From Ignavibacteriota bacterium (GTDB lineage: Bacteria > Bacteroidota > Ignavibacteria > UBA10030 > CAVZMI01): a DNA stretch of 64,000 bases. The DNA lies in contig CAVZMI010000023.1 of assembly GCA_963776275.1 (NCBI GenBank), positions 224,001-288,000 on the forward strand. The letters run 5' to 3'. Positions 19,923-30,984 of this stretch are shown here, in pieces. The stretch's first letter is position 1, and every line of letters begins with the position of its first letter. The notes beneath the pieces were generated by a model. The model worked only from the letters and a program-made list of their open reading frames with translations. It made no database searches and had not been told where the DNA came from. Made by a program: the position numbers and the translations under genes.

Positions 19923-20123
19923 TTATTTATTCCATGGAATGGGTTTCGTGAGAAGGGGGAATTTCTTATCGTTTACAATAATACGTAATAATTACTCAAA
20001 ATGCAATAGTAGTTGTCTGCTAATGCTCTAAAATTGACTTTGTAATGGGTAGAATATTTTATTATTTGATTTTTAGAGATTACTGTAAGTATGACTTCCC
20101 GACTATACAAGAATTAGTAAATC

Positions 20124-20421
20124 GAGACCTCTGAATAACATATCCGGTCGGAGAAAAATGAATGCCAAATGGATGGCCACGACCTTCAGGTCGTGGATTT
20201 TTAAATTAAAAAAATCTTTACGGGCTTTAGCCCTACATCAATTTTATGTAGGGTTAAAACCCCTCATTTTTCTCCTCTTATTTCCCACGAGCTAACCCCA
20301 CTGGAAAGCGTGGGGCGTAAAAGCCCGAGCTCGTGGCAATTCAGAAAATACAGATTGTTTTTAGACCACTGGCTCTATTGTGTCCATAGAAAATATGTAA
20401 ACAGAGTTTTTCAGAACGTCC
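20124..20421. repeat. REP/MITE-like palindrome cluster
   Basis: Imperfect terminal IR GAGACCTCTGAATAAC / GTTTTTCAGAACGTCCC; inner palindromes CCACGACCTTCAGGTCGTGG, GGGCTTTAGCCC, CCACGAGCT...AGCTCGTGG. Confidence 0.55.
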
Positions 20422-20477
20422 CAAATCATAAATCTCAAATCATAACTTACATGTATCCTTATTTTTAAAACGGCCTT

Positions 20478-21767
20478 TCATGTTTCCGAAGGCATATCTG
20501 AAATAATTCCCATCCTGATGTAAATCGGATGGAGAATTTTCCGGATCTCGGGCAGGTCGCGCGCAAACAGTAGAGCGCCTGACAAACATAAGACTCCATC
20601 AAAAAACAACGTCCACTGCACACCGATGGTCGTGGCCAGGCTGCCGGCCAGGAAACTTCCGAACGGAGCTATTCCCATAAAAGCCATGACATAAAAACTC
20701 ATCACGCGCCCGCGTTTATCGTCATCCGAAATTGTCTGGAGAATCGTATTGCTCGATGCCATCTGAACCATCATCCCTAATCCGGTGAGATACATGCAGA
20801 CCTCGGCAAGCCAGAAAACATTTATTGCAGAGAGGGCAATAAGTCCGGCTCCGAAAGTGCCTGCTGCATATGCTATTCGTTTTCCCAATCCCGCAACACT
20901 TTTCCGGGATGCCAGATACACTGCACCGGTGAGCGCACCCAGTCCTAATGCCGCCATCAGGAAACCGAATGTGTGCGGTCCGCCGTGTAGGATATCCTTC
21001 ACAAATACGGGCATAAGTACCGGCTGGACTCCCATAAGGCTTATCAGCGCGAGCAATAACAATATCGATCGGATGGGCCGGAATCCCAAAACATAGAGAA
21101 AACCCTCATGCAATTTTTTGATGACATGGTGCTCCTCATGTGTATGTGCGCGTTCCACCACATTCATTTTCAGGAGCGCTATGATTACCGCAATGAAACT
21201 GAGGCCGTTGAGCAGAAAACAGATGCCTTCTCCGAAAGCTGCGACGATGATTCCGGCAATCGAAGGTCCGATCAGTCGCGCTGAATTGACCAGCGAAGAA
21301 TTCAGGGCGATCGCATTTGCCAGATCTTCCCTGTTTCCTATCATTTCGATCATGAACGATTGCCTGACCGGCATATCAATGGAGTTGACAATCCCGAGGA
21401 GAATTCCGAGAACTACGATATGCCACACTGCAATCGTATTTGTCAACGTCAGGAGCGCAAGAATGAGAGCCTGTATCATGGCGATGGATTGCTCGAAAAC
21501 CAGAAGCCGGCGGCGGTTCCATCGGTCGGCAAAAACCCCCGCGAAGGGGGAAATTATAAACACTGGCAGCTGCGCCGAGAATGCGACAACTCCCAGCAAA
21601 AACGCAGACCCTGTGATGCTGTAGACGAGCCATGTCATCGCGATCTGCTGCATCCAGGTGCCGATGAGCGAGATTCCCTGTCCGATAAAAAAGAGTCGGA
21701 AGTTTCTGTGCCGAAGCGAACGGAAGAGAAGATCCGTCCGTAGCTTGATAGTGTCGTAAGAAATCAT
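20478..21767 (-). CDS. MFS transporter (EntS/DHA3-like)
   Basis: SLRHRNFRLFFIGQGISLIGTWMQ, GVFADRWNRRR, DDKRGRVMS; start trimmed to ATG 21767. Confidence 0.92.
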   Translation of the reverse strand: MISYDTIKLRTDLLFRSLRHRNFRLFFIGQGISLIGTWMQQIAMTWLVYSITGSAFLLGVVAFSAQLPVFIISPFAGVFADRWNRRRLLVFEQSIAMIQALILALLTLTNTIAVWHIVVLGILLGIVNSIDMPVRQSFMIEMIGNREDLANAIALNSSLVNSARLIGPSIAGIIVAAFGEGICFLLNGLSFIAVIIALLKMNVVERAHTHEEHHVIKKLHEGFLYVLGFRPIRSILLLLALISLMGVQPVLMPVFVKDILHGGPHTFGFLMAALGLGALTGAVYLASRKSVAGLGKRIAYAAGTFGAGLIALSAINVFWLAEVCMYLTGLGMMVQMASSNTILQTISDDDKRGRVMSFYVMAFMGIAPFGSFLAGSLATTIGVQWTLFFDGVLCLSGALLFARDLPEIRKILHPIYIRMGIISDMPSET

Positions 21768-21867
21768 ATCAGTTGCAATCAAGTCTTTGGTTTTGTACCT
21801 TAATCTACGAATCTCGATTTCTGATAGCAAGGGAAATAAAGCGTATTTCGGAATATTTGGAGAATGA

Positions 21868-22434
21868 ATGATGGCACTCCTAGAATCTCTTGATATCCCT
21901 CTCGGCACATTGATGCCGGCGTTTGAGTTGAAGGATCCTTCCGGTGCTGTGTACTCAGGTGAGACACTGTGCGGAGCAAAAGGACTCCTTATCGTGTTCA
22001 CCTGCAACCATTGTCCGTATGCGAAAGCTGTCTGGCCGCGCGTTATACGCATCAGCCAGTATGCAAAGCCGCTCGGTATTAATACGATAGCAATTAATCC
22101 GAATGTTCACCCCGACTATCCGGAAGATGCCCCTGGCGAAATGAAGAAGAAGATTAAGGAATGGGGAATTCCATTTCCGTACCTTATCGATGAATCGCAG
22201 GATGTCGCCCGGGCCTTCAAAGCGCAATGTACACCCGATCCATATCAGTTTGATGCCTCGAAAAGGCTGGTGTATCACGGCCGTGTCGACGATAACTGGC
22301 AAGATGAATCGAAGGTGAAGGTACAGGATTTGAAAAATGCCGTCACAGCGCTTGCTGAGGGAAAACCCATCGCAGCAGAACAATTCCCGGCTATGGGGTG
22401 CTCCATAAAATGGAGAGATGTAAAGAGTTTCTAA
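21868..22434 (+). CDS. Thioredoxin-family (AhpC/TSA, PrxU-like) protein
   Basis: FTCNHCPY, AQCTPD, YHGRVDD, GCSIKW. Confidence 0.9.
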   Translation: MMALLESLDIPLGTLMPAFELKDPSGAVYSGETLCGAKGLLIVFTCNHCPYAKAVWPRVIRISQYAKPLGINTIAINPNVHPDYPEDAPGEMKKKIKEWGIPFPYLIDESQDVARAFKAQCTPDPYQFDASKRLVYHGRVDDNWQDESKVKVQDLKNAVTALAEGKPIAAEQFPAMGCSIKWRDVKSF

Positions 22435-22578
22435 TTAAAAATGAAATAGCCAGGTTGTCGGGTGTTCCGCGAAGCGGACGCCCTTCGACCCGCCTTCCGC
22501 CATAAAAACTTGCGGACAGGCCGGCGGGCTCAGAGCAAGTATCGAGAAAACATCATTGTTCTAACGAGAATAATATCA

Positions 22579-24423
22579 TTGAAGATAAATATATTTTTCT
22601 TCATACTTCTTTTCACTCCGGTTGTTCTTCCAGCCCAAAACGCATCGATCTTATCTGATGTTATGATCACAATGAGCGACAGTATTCAACTGGATGCGAC
22701 GATTACTCTGCCTGTGGGTTTTCCTCCTGTTGGTAATTCACCCGGTGTTGTGCTGGTTCATGGTTATGGTGGGAATAAAGGAGATATGTCGCCTTTATCA
22801 TCAATTCTCTCTTACAATGGATATGCATCAATAGCGTACAGTGTGCGCGGACAGGGAGGTTCGGGTGGCGAATCGACAACGATGGGCGAAAGGGAAAAAC
22901 AGGACCTCCAGGAAGTAATACAATACTTTCGCAGCACGGCGGGGATTGATAGCAACCGGATAGCCGTTGCAGGCGGCTCGCAGGGTGGGATTCATTCGTG
23001 GATGGCTGCTGTGTACAATATGCCCGGCGTGAAGGTCGTTGCGCCGTCGCTCGCGACTCCGCACTTTGCACTCGATCTTATTCCTGAAAATTGTGTTAAG
23101 CAGGGTCTCTATCGTGAGATGACACTCGGTTCTGTTCGTTATTCGACCGACCGTGATCGCGTAAAAAATTTTATCATTCAGGATCTTTATGACAGCGTAA
23201 AAGCATATGTCGATCAGCGTAATCTTGAGCGATGCATCGATAGCGTCCGGATTCCGGTGATACAGGGACTCGGCTGGACCGATATTCTCTTTCCGGTCAA
23301 TTCGGGAATCAGGGCGGCCGCAAATCTCTCACAGCGTCGTGTGCCGATCTGGTCATACTACGGGACGAACGGACACGGTTATGATGCAGATATCGATATT
23401 GTTGAAGCATTATTCTGGATATATGAAAATCTCTACTGGCTCAATCGCTGGCTGAAGGATGATACGCTTTCCGGAGATACTTTGCCGCGCGTATTCTATG
23501 CGGACGACAGGCCCGAATGGCCGCATCATATTACAGATAAATGGCCGCCTGATCCGGAGGGTATTCTTCGCCTCTATATAAATAGCGGCATGCTCAGTCC
23601 CGCCCCGCCGACAACAGAGAGTTCCGCATCTTTTTCATTAGTGTATGATTCCACATTTTCCTCCGATTCGGGTTGGATAGTCGGATACAGTGGACAGAGA
23701 TTTCTCAATGCATTTCAAAGCACACCTGCGCGATTTCTATCGGGACCCACGGTTGATACTATGGAGGTCACCGGTACTCCGGCAGTCAGTTTTCACGTGA
23801 GAAGCAACTCGACCCAATTTCAATCGCATATTCGTCTCTTCGATGTCGTTCAATCGGATACGGGAAATATATGGCAATTGATGACGAGGGGAACTTATGG
23901 AGTACGGGGATATAATCCGTCAGAGGTAATGGAAATAGGTTATGAATGTAATGCGCTGTCACATATTATTCCAGCAGGACACAGGATCGGTATCGAGATA
24001 ACATCGCTCGATATGGGCACGGCGGATATTGCATATACGATTCCATATTTCCGATCAACGTCGAGCACGGTTATCTCGTCGAATTTACAACCTTCGTACA
24101 TCAATCTGCCGCTTGTCGGGAGCGGGGCAGTGTCCTCGATACCACAATACAAAGAACCCTGCACTTTTTATTTATACCAGAATTATCCGAATCCATTCAA
24201 TTCGGCTACAAATATTTCGTTCACATTTCCCGCGCCATCGGAAGTAACACTCGAAGTATTTGATATTTTAGGTCGGCGAGTTGGGATTATTTATCATGGT
24301 CAGCTCAATGCCGGAAGCCATTCGATTCGATTTGATGGCAATGATTTACCGAGCGGCATCTATTTTTATAGGATGATAAGGGGCAAGGTAGTCGAAACCC
24401 GGAAGATGGTTCTTTTGAGGTGA
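22579..24423 (+). CDS. CocE/NonD (peptidase S15) alpha/beta hydrolase with T9SS C-terminal domain
   Basis: HGYGG, RGQGGSGG, GGSQGG nucleophile elbow, GHRIGIEI, QNYPNPFN tail; start uncertain. Confidence 0.85.
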   Translation: MKINIFFFILLFTPVVLPAQNASILSDVMITMSDSIQLDATITLPVGFPPVGNSPGVVLVHGYGGNKGDMSPLSSILSYNGYASIAYSVRGQGGSGGESTTMGEREKQDLQEVIQYFRSTAGIDSNRIAVAGGSQGGIHSWMAAVYNMPGVKVVAPSLATPHFALDLIPENCVKQGLYREMTLGSVRYSTDRDRVKNFIIQDLYDSVKAYVDQRNLERCIDSVRIPVIQGLGWTDILFPVNSGIRAAANLSQRRVPIWSYYGTNGHGYDADIDIVEALFWIYENLYWLNRWLKDDTLSGDTLPRVFYADDRPEWPHHITDKWPPDPEGILRLYINSGMLSPAPPTTESSASFSLVYDSTFSSDSGWIVGYSGQRFLNAFQSTPARFLSGPTVDTMEVTGTPAVSFHVRSNSTQFQSHIRLFDVVQSDTGNIWQLMTRGTYGVRGYNPSEVMEIGYECNALSHIIPAGHRIGIEITSLDMGTADIAYTIPYFRSTSSTVISSNLQPSYINLPLVGSGAVSSIPQYKEPCTFYLYQNYPNPFNSATNISFTFPAPSEVTLEVFDILGRRVGIIYHGQLNAGSHSIRFDGNDLPSGIYFYRMIRGKVVETRKMVLLR

Positions 24424-24568
24424 GAAAGCGATGATTTTCTTTCGCCCCCTACGGCCTACGGCTCGTAGGGGTCGTTGACCTCCGGGGCTTTAGTTTAATA
24501 TGGAAGCCTTTTCAATCTATTATCGAATCCCGAATTTCGGATTCAACATCCCAATACCATAACCCATG

Positions 24569-25175
24569 TTTATTGGAGCTAAGACCCGTAGGGTCGATAG
24601 ATTATAACCCACATCCATTCTCCGTATACTCTGTTGCCACGGATGTGGGGTTGGCCACCTCAATACATAGGAGAGCCCCCGCAGGGGGCGTAAGACCACA
24701 GATCTGTAACCTGTATTCGTTCTAATTATTAGAACTAAGACCCGTAGGGTCGATAGATCATAACCCACATCCATTCTCCGTATACTCTGTTGCCATGGAT
24801 GTGGGGTTGGCCACCTCAATACATAGCAGAGCCCCCGCAGGGGGCGTAAGACCACAGATCTGTAACCCGTATTCGTTCTAATTATTGGAGCTAAGACCCG
24901 TAGGGTCGATAGATTATAACCCACATCCATTCTCCGTATACTCTGTTGCCATGGATGTGGGGTTGGCCACCTCAATACATAGCAGAGCCCCTGCAGGGGG
25001 CGTAAGACCACAGATCTGTAACCTGTATTCGTTCTAATTATTAGAACTAAGACCCGTAGGGTCGATAGATCATAACCCACATCCATTCTCCGTATACTCT
25101 GTTGCCATGGATGTGGGGTTGGCCACCTCAATACATAGCAGAGCCCCTGCAGGGGGGCGTAAGACTACAGATCTG
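24569..25175. repeat. Four tandem 156-bp REP-like units
   Basis: AAGACCCGTAGGGTC at 24581, 24737, 24893, 25049. Confidence 0.95.
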
Positions 25176-25190
25176 GAGGATTGTAAGATT

Positions 25191-25644
25191 ATGAGTCATA
25201 CCTACATTCAATTATATTTACATTGTGTATTTGGAACAAAAAACCGTTTACCCTACCTGAAAGATAATCTAAGGCCTCAGAATATTCGCTTACATGGGAG
25301 GGATAGTACGCGAACTCGGTGGAATACCTATCAGGATTAATGGGTCAAGAGATCATGTCCATATGCTTATCACTCTTCCTGCGCGGATGTCGGTCTCTGA
25401 AATAATGCGTATTGTGAAAACAAATTCTTCGCGCTGGGCACATGAATTATCATCAGAGAATAGTGACTTTGAATGGCAAACGGGATATGGAGCTTTCAGT
25501 ATTAGTAAATCAAATCTTAATGCAGTCGCAGAATATATTGTTCGACAGGAGGAACATCATCGAAGAAAAGATTTTATAACTGAGTATATAGAATTACTAT
25601 CAATGCATGGGATTGAATTTGATGAGAGGTACCTCTGGGATTGA
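25191..25644 (+). mobile_element. tnpA: IS200/IS605-type Y1 HUH transposase (RAYT-like), frameshift near 25280
   Basis: MSHTY...HCVFGTKNR, DHVHML, KTNSSRW, WQTGYGAFS, YIVRQEEHH. Confidence 0.9.
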
Positions 25645-25883
25645 TATGATTTTCTTTCGCCCCTCCGGGGCTTTGGGCTAAAGATGCTTTATCAAGACCA
25701 TGACTCACGTCATGGTCAAAGGTCTGACGCCACTCCGTGGCTTGATTGGTTTTCTTTCGCCCCCTACGGCCTACGGCTCGTAGAGGTCGTTGACCTCCGG
25801 GGCTTTAGTTTAATATGGAAGCCTTTTCAATCTATTATCGAATCCCGAATTTCGGATTCAACATCCCAATACCATAACCCATG

Positions 25884-26325
25884 TTTATTGGAGCTAAGAC
25901 CCGTAGGGTCGATAGATTATAACCCACATCCATTCTCCGTATACTCTGTTGCCACGGATGTGGGGTTGGCCACCTCAATACATAGGAGAGCCCCCGCAGG
26001 GGGCGTAAGACCACAGATCTGTAACCTGTATTCGTTCTAATTATTAGAACTAAGACCCGTAGGGTCGATAGATCATAACCCACATCCATTCTCCGTATAC
26101 TCTGTTGCCATGGATGTGGGGTTGGCCACCTCAATACATAGCAGAGCCCCCGCAGGGGGCGTAAGACCACAGATCTGTAACCCGTATTCGTTCTAATTAT
26201 TGGAGCTAAGACCCGTAGGGTCGATAGATTATAACCCACATCCATTCTCCGTATACTCTGTTGCCATGGATGTGGGGGTTGCCATCTAAATATATAGCAG
26301 AGCCCCTGTAGGGGGCGTAAGACCA
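25884..26325. repeat. Three tandem 156-bp REP-like units
   Basis: AAGACCCGTAGGGTC at 25896, 26052, 26208. Confidence 0.95.
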
Positions 26326-26332
26326 ACTCGTC

Positions 26333-26722
26333 TCAGAAAAACCACCGGAAAGGCCATGGCCTCGGGATTGCCAGCAGCATGAGAGCGGCTCCGAGTAATG
26401 CCATGTTCTTCATGAAGTTGATCATCTCGCCCATCTTCATCTGCGGATCCTGAATCTTCCAGAAATTGTGCATCATGAATGAAACCGGAATAAGGAAAAG
26501 AGCGAGTGAAAGAACTCCCAGACGGACGTATGCTCCAAGAAGAATCGTTATCCCGCCGACCAGCAGCAATAAACCCGAGAGAGAAACCGCGGCTCCCGGA
26601 AGAGGAACCCCTTTCATTTTGGAGTATTCGGACATCATCTTCAACCGCCTGAAATGATTAATGCCGCTAAAAATGAAGTACCCGCCGAAGATAATTCTCC
26701 CGATGACAAATAAAATTTCCAT
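26333..26722 (-). CDS. DoxX family membrane protein
   Basis: IGRIIFGGYF..SGINH, MMHNFW, FMKNMALLGAAL. Confidence 0.9.
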   Translation of the reverse strand: MEILFVIGRIIFGGYFIFSGINHFRRLKMMSEYSKMKGVPLPGAAVSLSGLLLLVGGITILLGAYVRLGVLSLALFLIPVSFMMHNFWKIQDPQMKMGEMINFMKNMALLGAALMLLAIPRPWPFRWFF

Positions 26723-26861
26723 CAGTGCACTCCTTTCATTGGATAATGATTATGTATAGCAATTCTACAAAATTGACAAGTAAAATGCAATATGGTGGAT
26801 TTTCTCAAAAAACCTTATACTATGTATATAGAGCGCCCTCTAAAACCAGGAATAATATACT

Positions 26862-27995
26862 ATGCATCGACTAAAACAAATCATCGGTACAAGAAATAGA
26901 GTAGTAATTAAAATCGGCACAAATCTTCTTGCTGACAAGGTAAAAGGAGTCAATCCGGAAAAAATCGATGAGATTGCCTCAAGTGTTGCTTTCCTCAAAT
27001 CGCTTGGTAAGGAAGTAGCGATCGTGAGCTCGGGAGCAATCGGTGCCGGCATTGCCGCCTTAAAACTTCAAACGCGGCCAAGATCAATTCCGGAGAAACA
27101 GGCAACCGCAGCGGTCGGTCAGCCTTTGCTAATGGAAGCGTACGAAACCGCCTTCAGAAAACAGGGGATCGATATCGCTCAGATTCTGTTGACGAAGGAT
27201 GACTTCATAAACCGCGGGCGATATGTCAACGCAAAAAATACGTTCTCGGTCATTTTTGAAAAAGGCGTTGTGCCGGTGATTAATGAAAATGATTCTGTCG
27301 CTGTCGAAGAAATAAAGCTTGGTGACAACGACAATCTCTCGGCACTGGTGGCAAACCTCATCGAAGCGGATGTACTTGTGATTCTGACAGATATCGACGG
27401 ATTGTTTACCGATGATCCCTCAAGAAACATGAAAGCCGAATTGATTCCAGTCGTCGAAAAAATTACCGCTCAGGTTGAAAAACTTGCCAAGAAAAGCGGA
27501 AGCGATTTGAGTACCGGCGGCATGATTACAAAAATTCAGGCAGCCAAGCGATGCGTATCGGCAGGGATTGCCATGATCATTGCAAACGGCACAAATCCAG
27601 GGGCGATCGAAGAAATATTTTCCGGGAATTTTAGGGGAACACTGTTCTTGCCCAGAGAAACCAATCTAAATGTCCGTAAAAAATGGATCGGATTTATTTC
27701 GCACTCGAAAGGCTTCGTTATAGTGGATGATGGGGCGAAAGAAGCGCTGTTAAAAAAATATAAAAGCCTGCTTCCATCCGGAATTCTCGAGGTGCAGGGA
27801 GATTTCAGCGCAAATGATACCATCGCTGTGAAGGACGTCGAAAGAAACGAAATTGCGAAAGGTGTATCAGAATATTCTTCAGACGATCTCAAAAAAATCA
27901 AGGGAAAAAAGACGAGCGATATTGAAGAAATATTGCACTGTAAACAGTGCGACGAAGTCATTCATAAAGATAATCTTGTCATTACCGGAGAATAA
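26862..27995 (+). CDS. proB: Glutamate 5-kinase
   Basis: VIKIGT, VSSGAI, PVINEND, GDNDNL, TGGMITK, PUA domain. Confidence 0.97.
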   Translation: MHRLKQIIGTRNRVVIKIGTNLLADKVKGVNPEKIDEIASSVAFLKSLGKEVAIVSSGAIGAGIAALKLQTRPRSIPEKQATAAVGQPLLMEAYETAFRKQGIDIAQILLTKDDFINRGRYVNAKNTFSVIFEKGVVPVINENDSVAVEEIKLGDNDNLSALVANLIEADVLVILTDIDGLFTDDPSRNMKAELIPVVEKITAQVEKLAKKSGSDLSTGGMITKIQAAKRCVSAGIAMIIANGTNPGAIEEIFSGNFRGTLFLPRETNLNVRKKWIGFISHSKGFVIVDDGAKEALLKKYKSLLPSGILEVQGDFSANDTIAVKDVERNEIAKGVSEYSSDDLKKIKGKKTSDIEEILHCKQCDEVIHKDNLVITGE

Positions 27996-27997
27996 CC

Positions 27998-29251
27998 ATG
28001 ATCGCTGATGTCGTCATACGAAAGGCACGATCGGTCAAAGAGGCGAGTAGAGTATTGTACACTCTCTCGACGCAAAACAAAAACGAATTGCTTGGGAAAA
28101 TTATTATGTCTCTTCAGCGGGAAACACCCGCAATTCTCAAGGCAAACACGAAAGACTTAAATAACGCCGGGAAGATTAAACTGCCGAAGGTGTTGATCGA
28201 TAGACTGACGCTGGACGAGAAAAGAATCGGCCTGATGATCGGTGGAGTCGAAGACGTCATTGTGCTTCCGGATCCGGTCGGGCAGACCTTTGAGAAGAGT
28301 CAACGGCCGAACGGACTTATCGTCGAGAAAATGCGTGTGCCCCTCGGTGCCGTCGGTATAATCTATGAAGCACGTCCGAATGTGACGATCGATGCATCGG
28401 TGCTCTGCCTGAAATCAGGTAATGCCGTGCTGCTCCGGGGTGGCTCGGAGGCCATTCATACAAATAAGAAACTCGTTGAAATCATTAAATTCGCTTTGAA
28501 GGAAACGAAGCTTCCTGCGGGATGCGTGGAATTTATCGACACTACGGACAGGAGAGCAGTGAAGGTTATGCTTAAACAGGATGACTCACTCGACGTCATT
28601 ATTCCACGGGGAAGTCAACAGCTCATTCGATATATTCAGGAAAACTCGTCTGTACCGGTGATTGCACACGGTGAAGGGAATTGTCACGTCTATGTCGATG
28701 GTTCCGCCGATCTCGCACAGGCCTCGGAAATTGTATTTAACGCCAAAGTACAGCGGCCTTCTGTTTGTAATGCGGCAGAGAAATTACTGGTGCATGAGAA
28801 TATAGCGGCGGAATTTCTTCCGGTCATCGTGCAGAGGTTGCGCGGTGCGGGAGTGGAGGTTAAGGGTGATAAAAAAACCCGATTGATTATTAAGGATGTC
28901 ATACCTGCCGGCGAAACCGACTGGTATAAAGAATATCTCGATCTTATTATCGCGGTCAAAGTAGTAAAAAATCTGGATGACGCAATCAATCATATCAATC
29001 GATATGGTTCTCATCATTCCGATGCGATTGTTACCGGTGAAGAAGGGCACGGTGAGAGGTTTCTCCGCGAAGTCGATTCGGCGGCGGTCTACGTCAATGC
29101 CTCAACCCGGTTTACCGATGGATTCGAGTTCGGACTCGGTGCAGAAATCGGCATCAGCACGCAGAAGCTCCATGCACGCGGTCCGATGGGGCTCACCGAA
29201 CTCACCAGCACGAAATTTATCGTGCACGGCTGGGGGCAGGTGAGAAGATAA
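27998..29251 (+). CDS. proA: Gamma-glutamyl phosphate reductase
   Basis: IYEARPNVT, SVCNAAE, NASTRFTDG, GISTQKLHARGPMGL. Confidence 0.97.
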   Translation: MIADVVIRKARSVKEASRVLYTLSTQNKNELLGKIIMSLQRETPAILKANTKDLNNAGKIKLPKVLIDRLTLDEKRIGLMIGGVEDVIVLPDPVGQTFEKSQRPNGLIVEKMRVPLGAVGIIYEARPNVTIDASVLCLKSGNAVLLRGGSEAIHTNKKLVEIIKFALKETKLPAGCVEFIDTTDRRAVKVMLKQDDSLDVIIPRGSQQLIRYIQENSSVPVIAHGEGNCHVYVDGSADLAQASEIVFNAKVQRPSVCNAAEKLLVHENIAAEFLPVIVQRLRGAGVEVKGDKKTRLIIKDVIPAGETDWYKEYLDLIIAVKVVKNLDDAINHINRYGSHHSDAIVTGEEGHGERFLREVDSAAVYVNASTRFTDGFEFGLGAEIGISTQKLHARGPMGLTELTSTKFIVHGWGQVRR

Positions 29252-29437
29252 AAGTAGAAGTTAAAATGTATAAAGGAAATCCTTATAGAGTTGAGATGAA
29301 GAATTCTTGACTCTCGCATAAAAAATCTTAGATTATTATTATGTATTTCAAACCTGATCAGAGTTAACGATCAGGTTTGTATTTTAAAAAGGCCGGTTCC
29401 GGAATAAGGCGGTTCCAGTATTGATCGAGGAGGAGTA

Positions 29438-30872
29438 ATGGGTAGGGTAGCGGGTTTTCTTGAATATGAACGAATCAATCCCACGCAACGCCCGGTGGAA
29501 GAAAGGATTCACGATTATCGTGAATTTTTGCATCTTCCTCCCGAGGAAGAAATGAAACGCCAGGGAGCGCGCTGCATTGACTGCAGTGTTCCCTATTGTC
29601 ATTCTATCGGTTGTCCGCTCGGTAACATCATCCCGGATTGGAACGATCTTGTATATCAGGGAAAATGGAAGAAAGCATATGAACGTCTTGAACTAACAGA
29701 CAATTTTTCGGAAATCACCGGCAGAATTTGTCCTGCTCCCTGTGAAGCTGCCTGCACACTGGCTGCCAACGACAATGCGGTATCGATAAAAAACATCGAG
29801 CTCTCCATCATTGAAAGGGCTTTCAATGAAGGCTGGATTGTTCCGCATCCACCTACGTTCGAAACCGGAAAACGTGTCGCCGTGATCGGTTCCGGACCAG
29901 CAGGACTCGCCGCTGCACAGCAGCTGCGACGGGCCGGACATTCCGTCGTTCTTTATGAGAAATCCGACAGGATCGGTGGGATCCTTCGCTATGGCATCCC
30001 TGACTTTAAACTGGAAAAGACGGTTCTTGATAGACGGCTGGAGCAGATGAAACAGGAAGGAGTGCTCTTCGAAACAAATGTGAATGTCGGCAAAGACGTC
30101 TCTGCTGATGAATTGAAAAAAGACTTCGATGCTATCATCCTCACGCTCGGTGCGGGACAGCCGCGTGATTTGAAAGTACCCGGCAGGGAATTGCAGGGGA
30201 TTCACCTCGCGATGGATTATCTGACACAATCAAACTGCTTCGTCGCAGGGATGAAGAAAAAAGACGAAATCATCTGGGCTGAACAAAAAAATGTCCTTGT
30301 CATCGGCGGAGGTGATACCGGTTCCGACTGCGTCGGTACCGCTACCCGGCAGGGTGCGAAGAAAGTCTATCAATTCGAAATTCTTCCAAAACCGGATGAA
30401 TGGAGCGAATCGTATAATCCCGACTGGCCCGATTGGCCAAAATTCCTGAAAAGCTCATCGTCTCACGAAGAAGGCTGTGAACGTGAGTGGTCCCATCGGA
30501 ACCAGAAAGTTCACCGGCAAGGACGGGAAAGTTACATGCGGCTATTTCAATCGTGTGGAATGGAAAGAAAAGCCAGGGAAACAATTCGAGATGACCGATG
30601 TACCGGGCACGGAATTCACACAGGATGTCGATCTGGTTTTACTCGCCATGGGATTTTTGCACGTTGAGCATAATGATATTATTAAAAATTTGGGAATCGA
30701 ATTAGATCAGCGGGGTAACATCAGAACCGACGGGAATTATGCCACATCGGTGCAGGGAGTTTTTGCTGCAGGGGACGCGATGACCGGGGCTTCGCTGGTC
30801 GTTCGGGCAATCTGGCATGGAAGAGAGGCTGCAAAGTCCTGTAATAATTATTTGATGCGGCAAAAGAAGTGA
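29438..30872 (+). CDS. gltD: Glutamate synthase small subunit, frameshift near 30494
   Basis: RCIDCSVPYCH, TGRICPAPCE, GSGPAG, GGGDTGSDC; C-terminus VFAAGD..GASLVVRAI in ORF 30477. Confidence 0.93.
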
Positions 30873-30984
30873 ACTTTTTTTCCCGGGGAACTGTTTTTCA
30901 TTTCTGGAATCAATGAGTTCATTTATACTCAAGAGAATCTGAGTTTGATGCATACTGTTCTTTAATAATCTTGACAGTGATAGA

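Noticed and set aside
24520-26326. 156-bp repeats as a CRISPR array, or as repeat proteins (ORFs 24520-25131, 25835-26326)
   Set aside because: Units are near-identical throughout with no unique spacers or cas genes; the ORFs arise because 156 bp is 52 stop-free codons.
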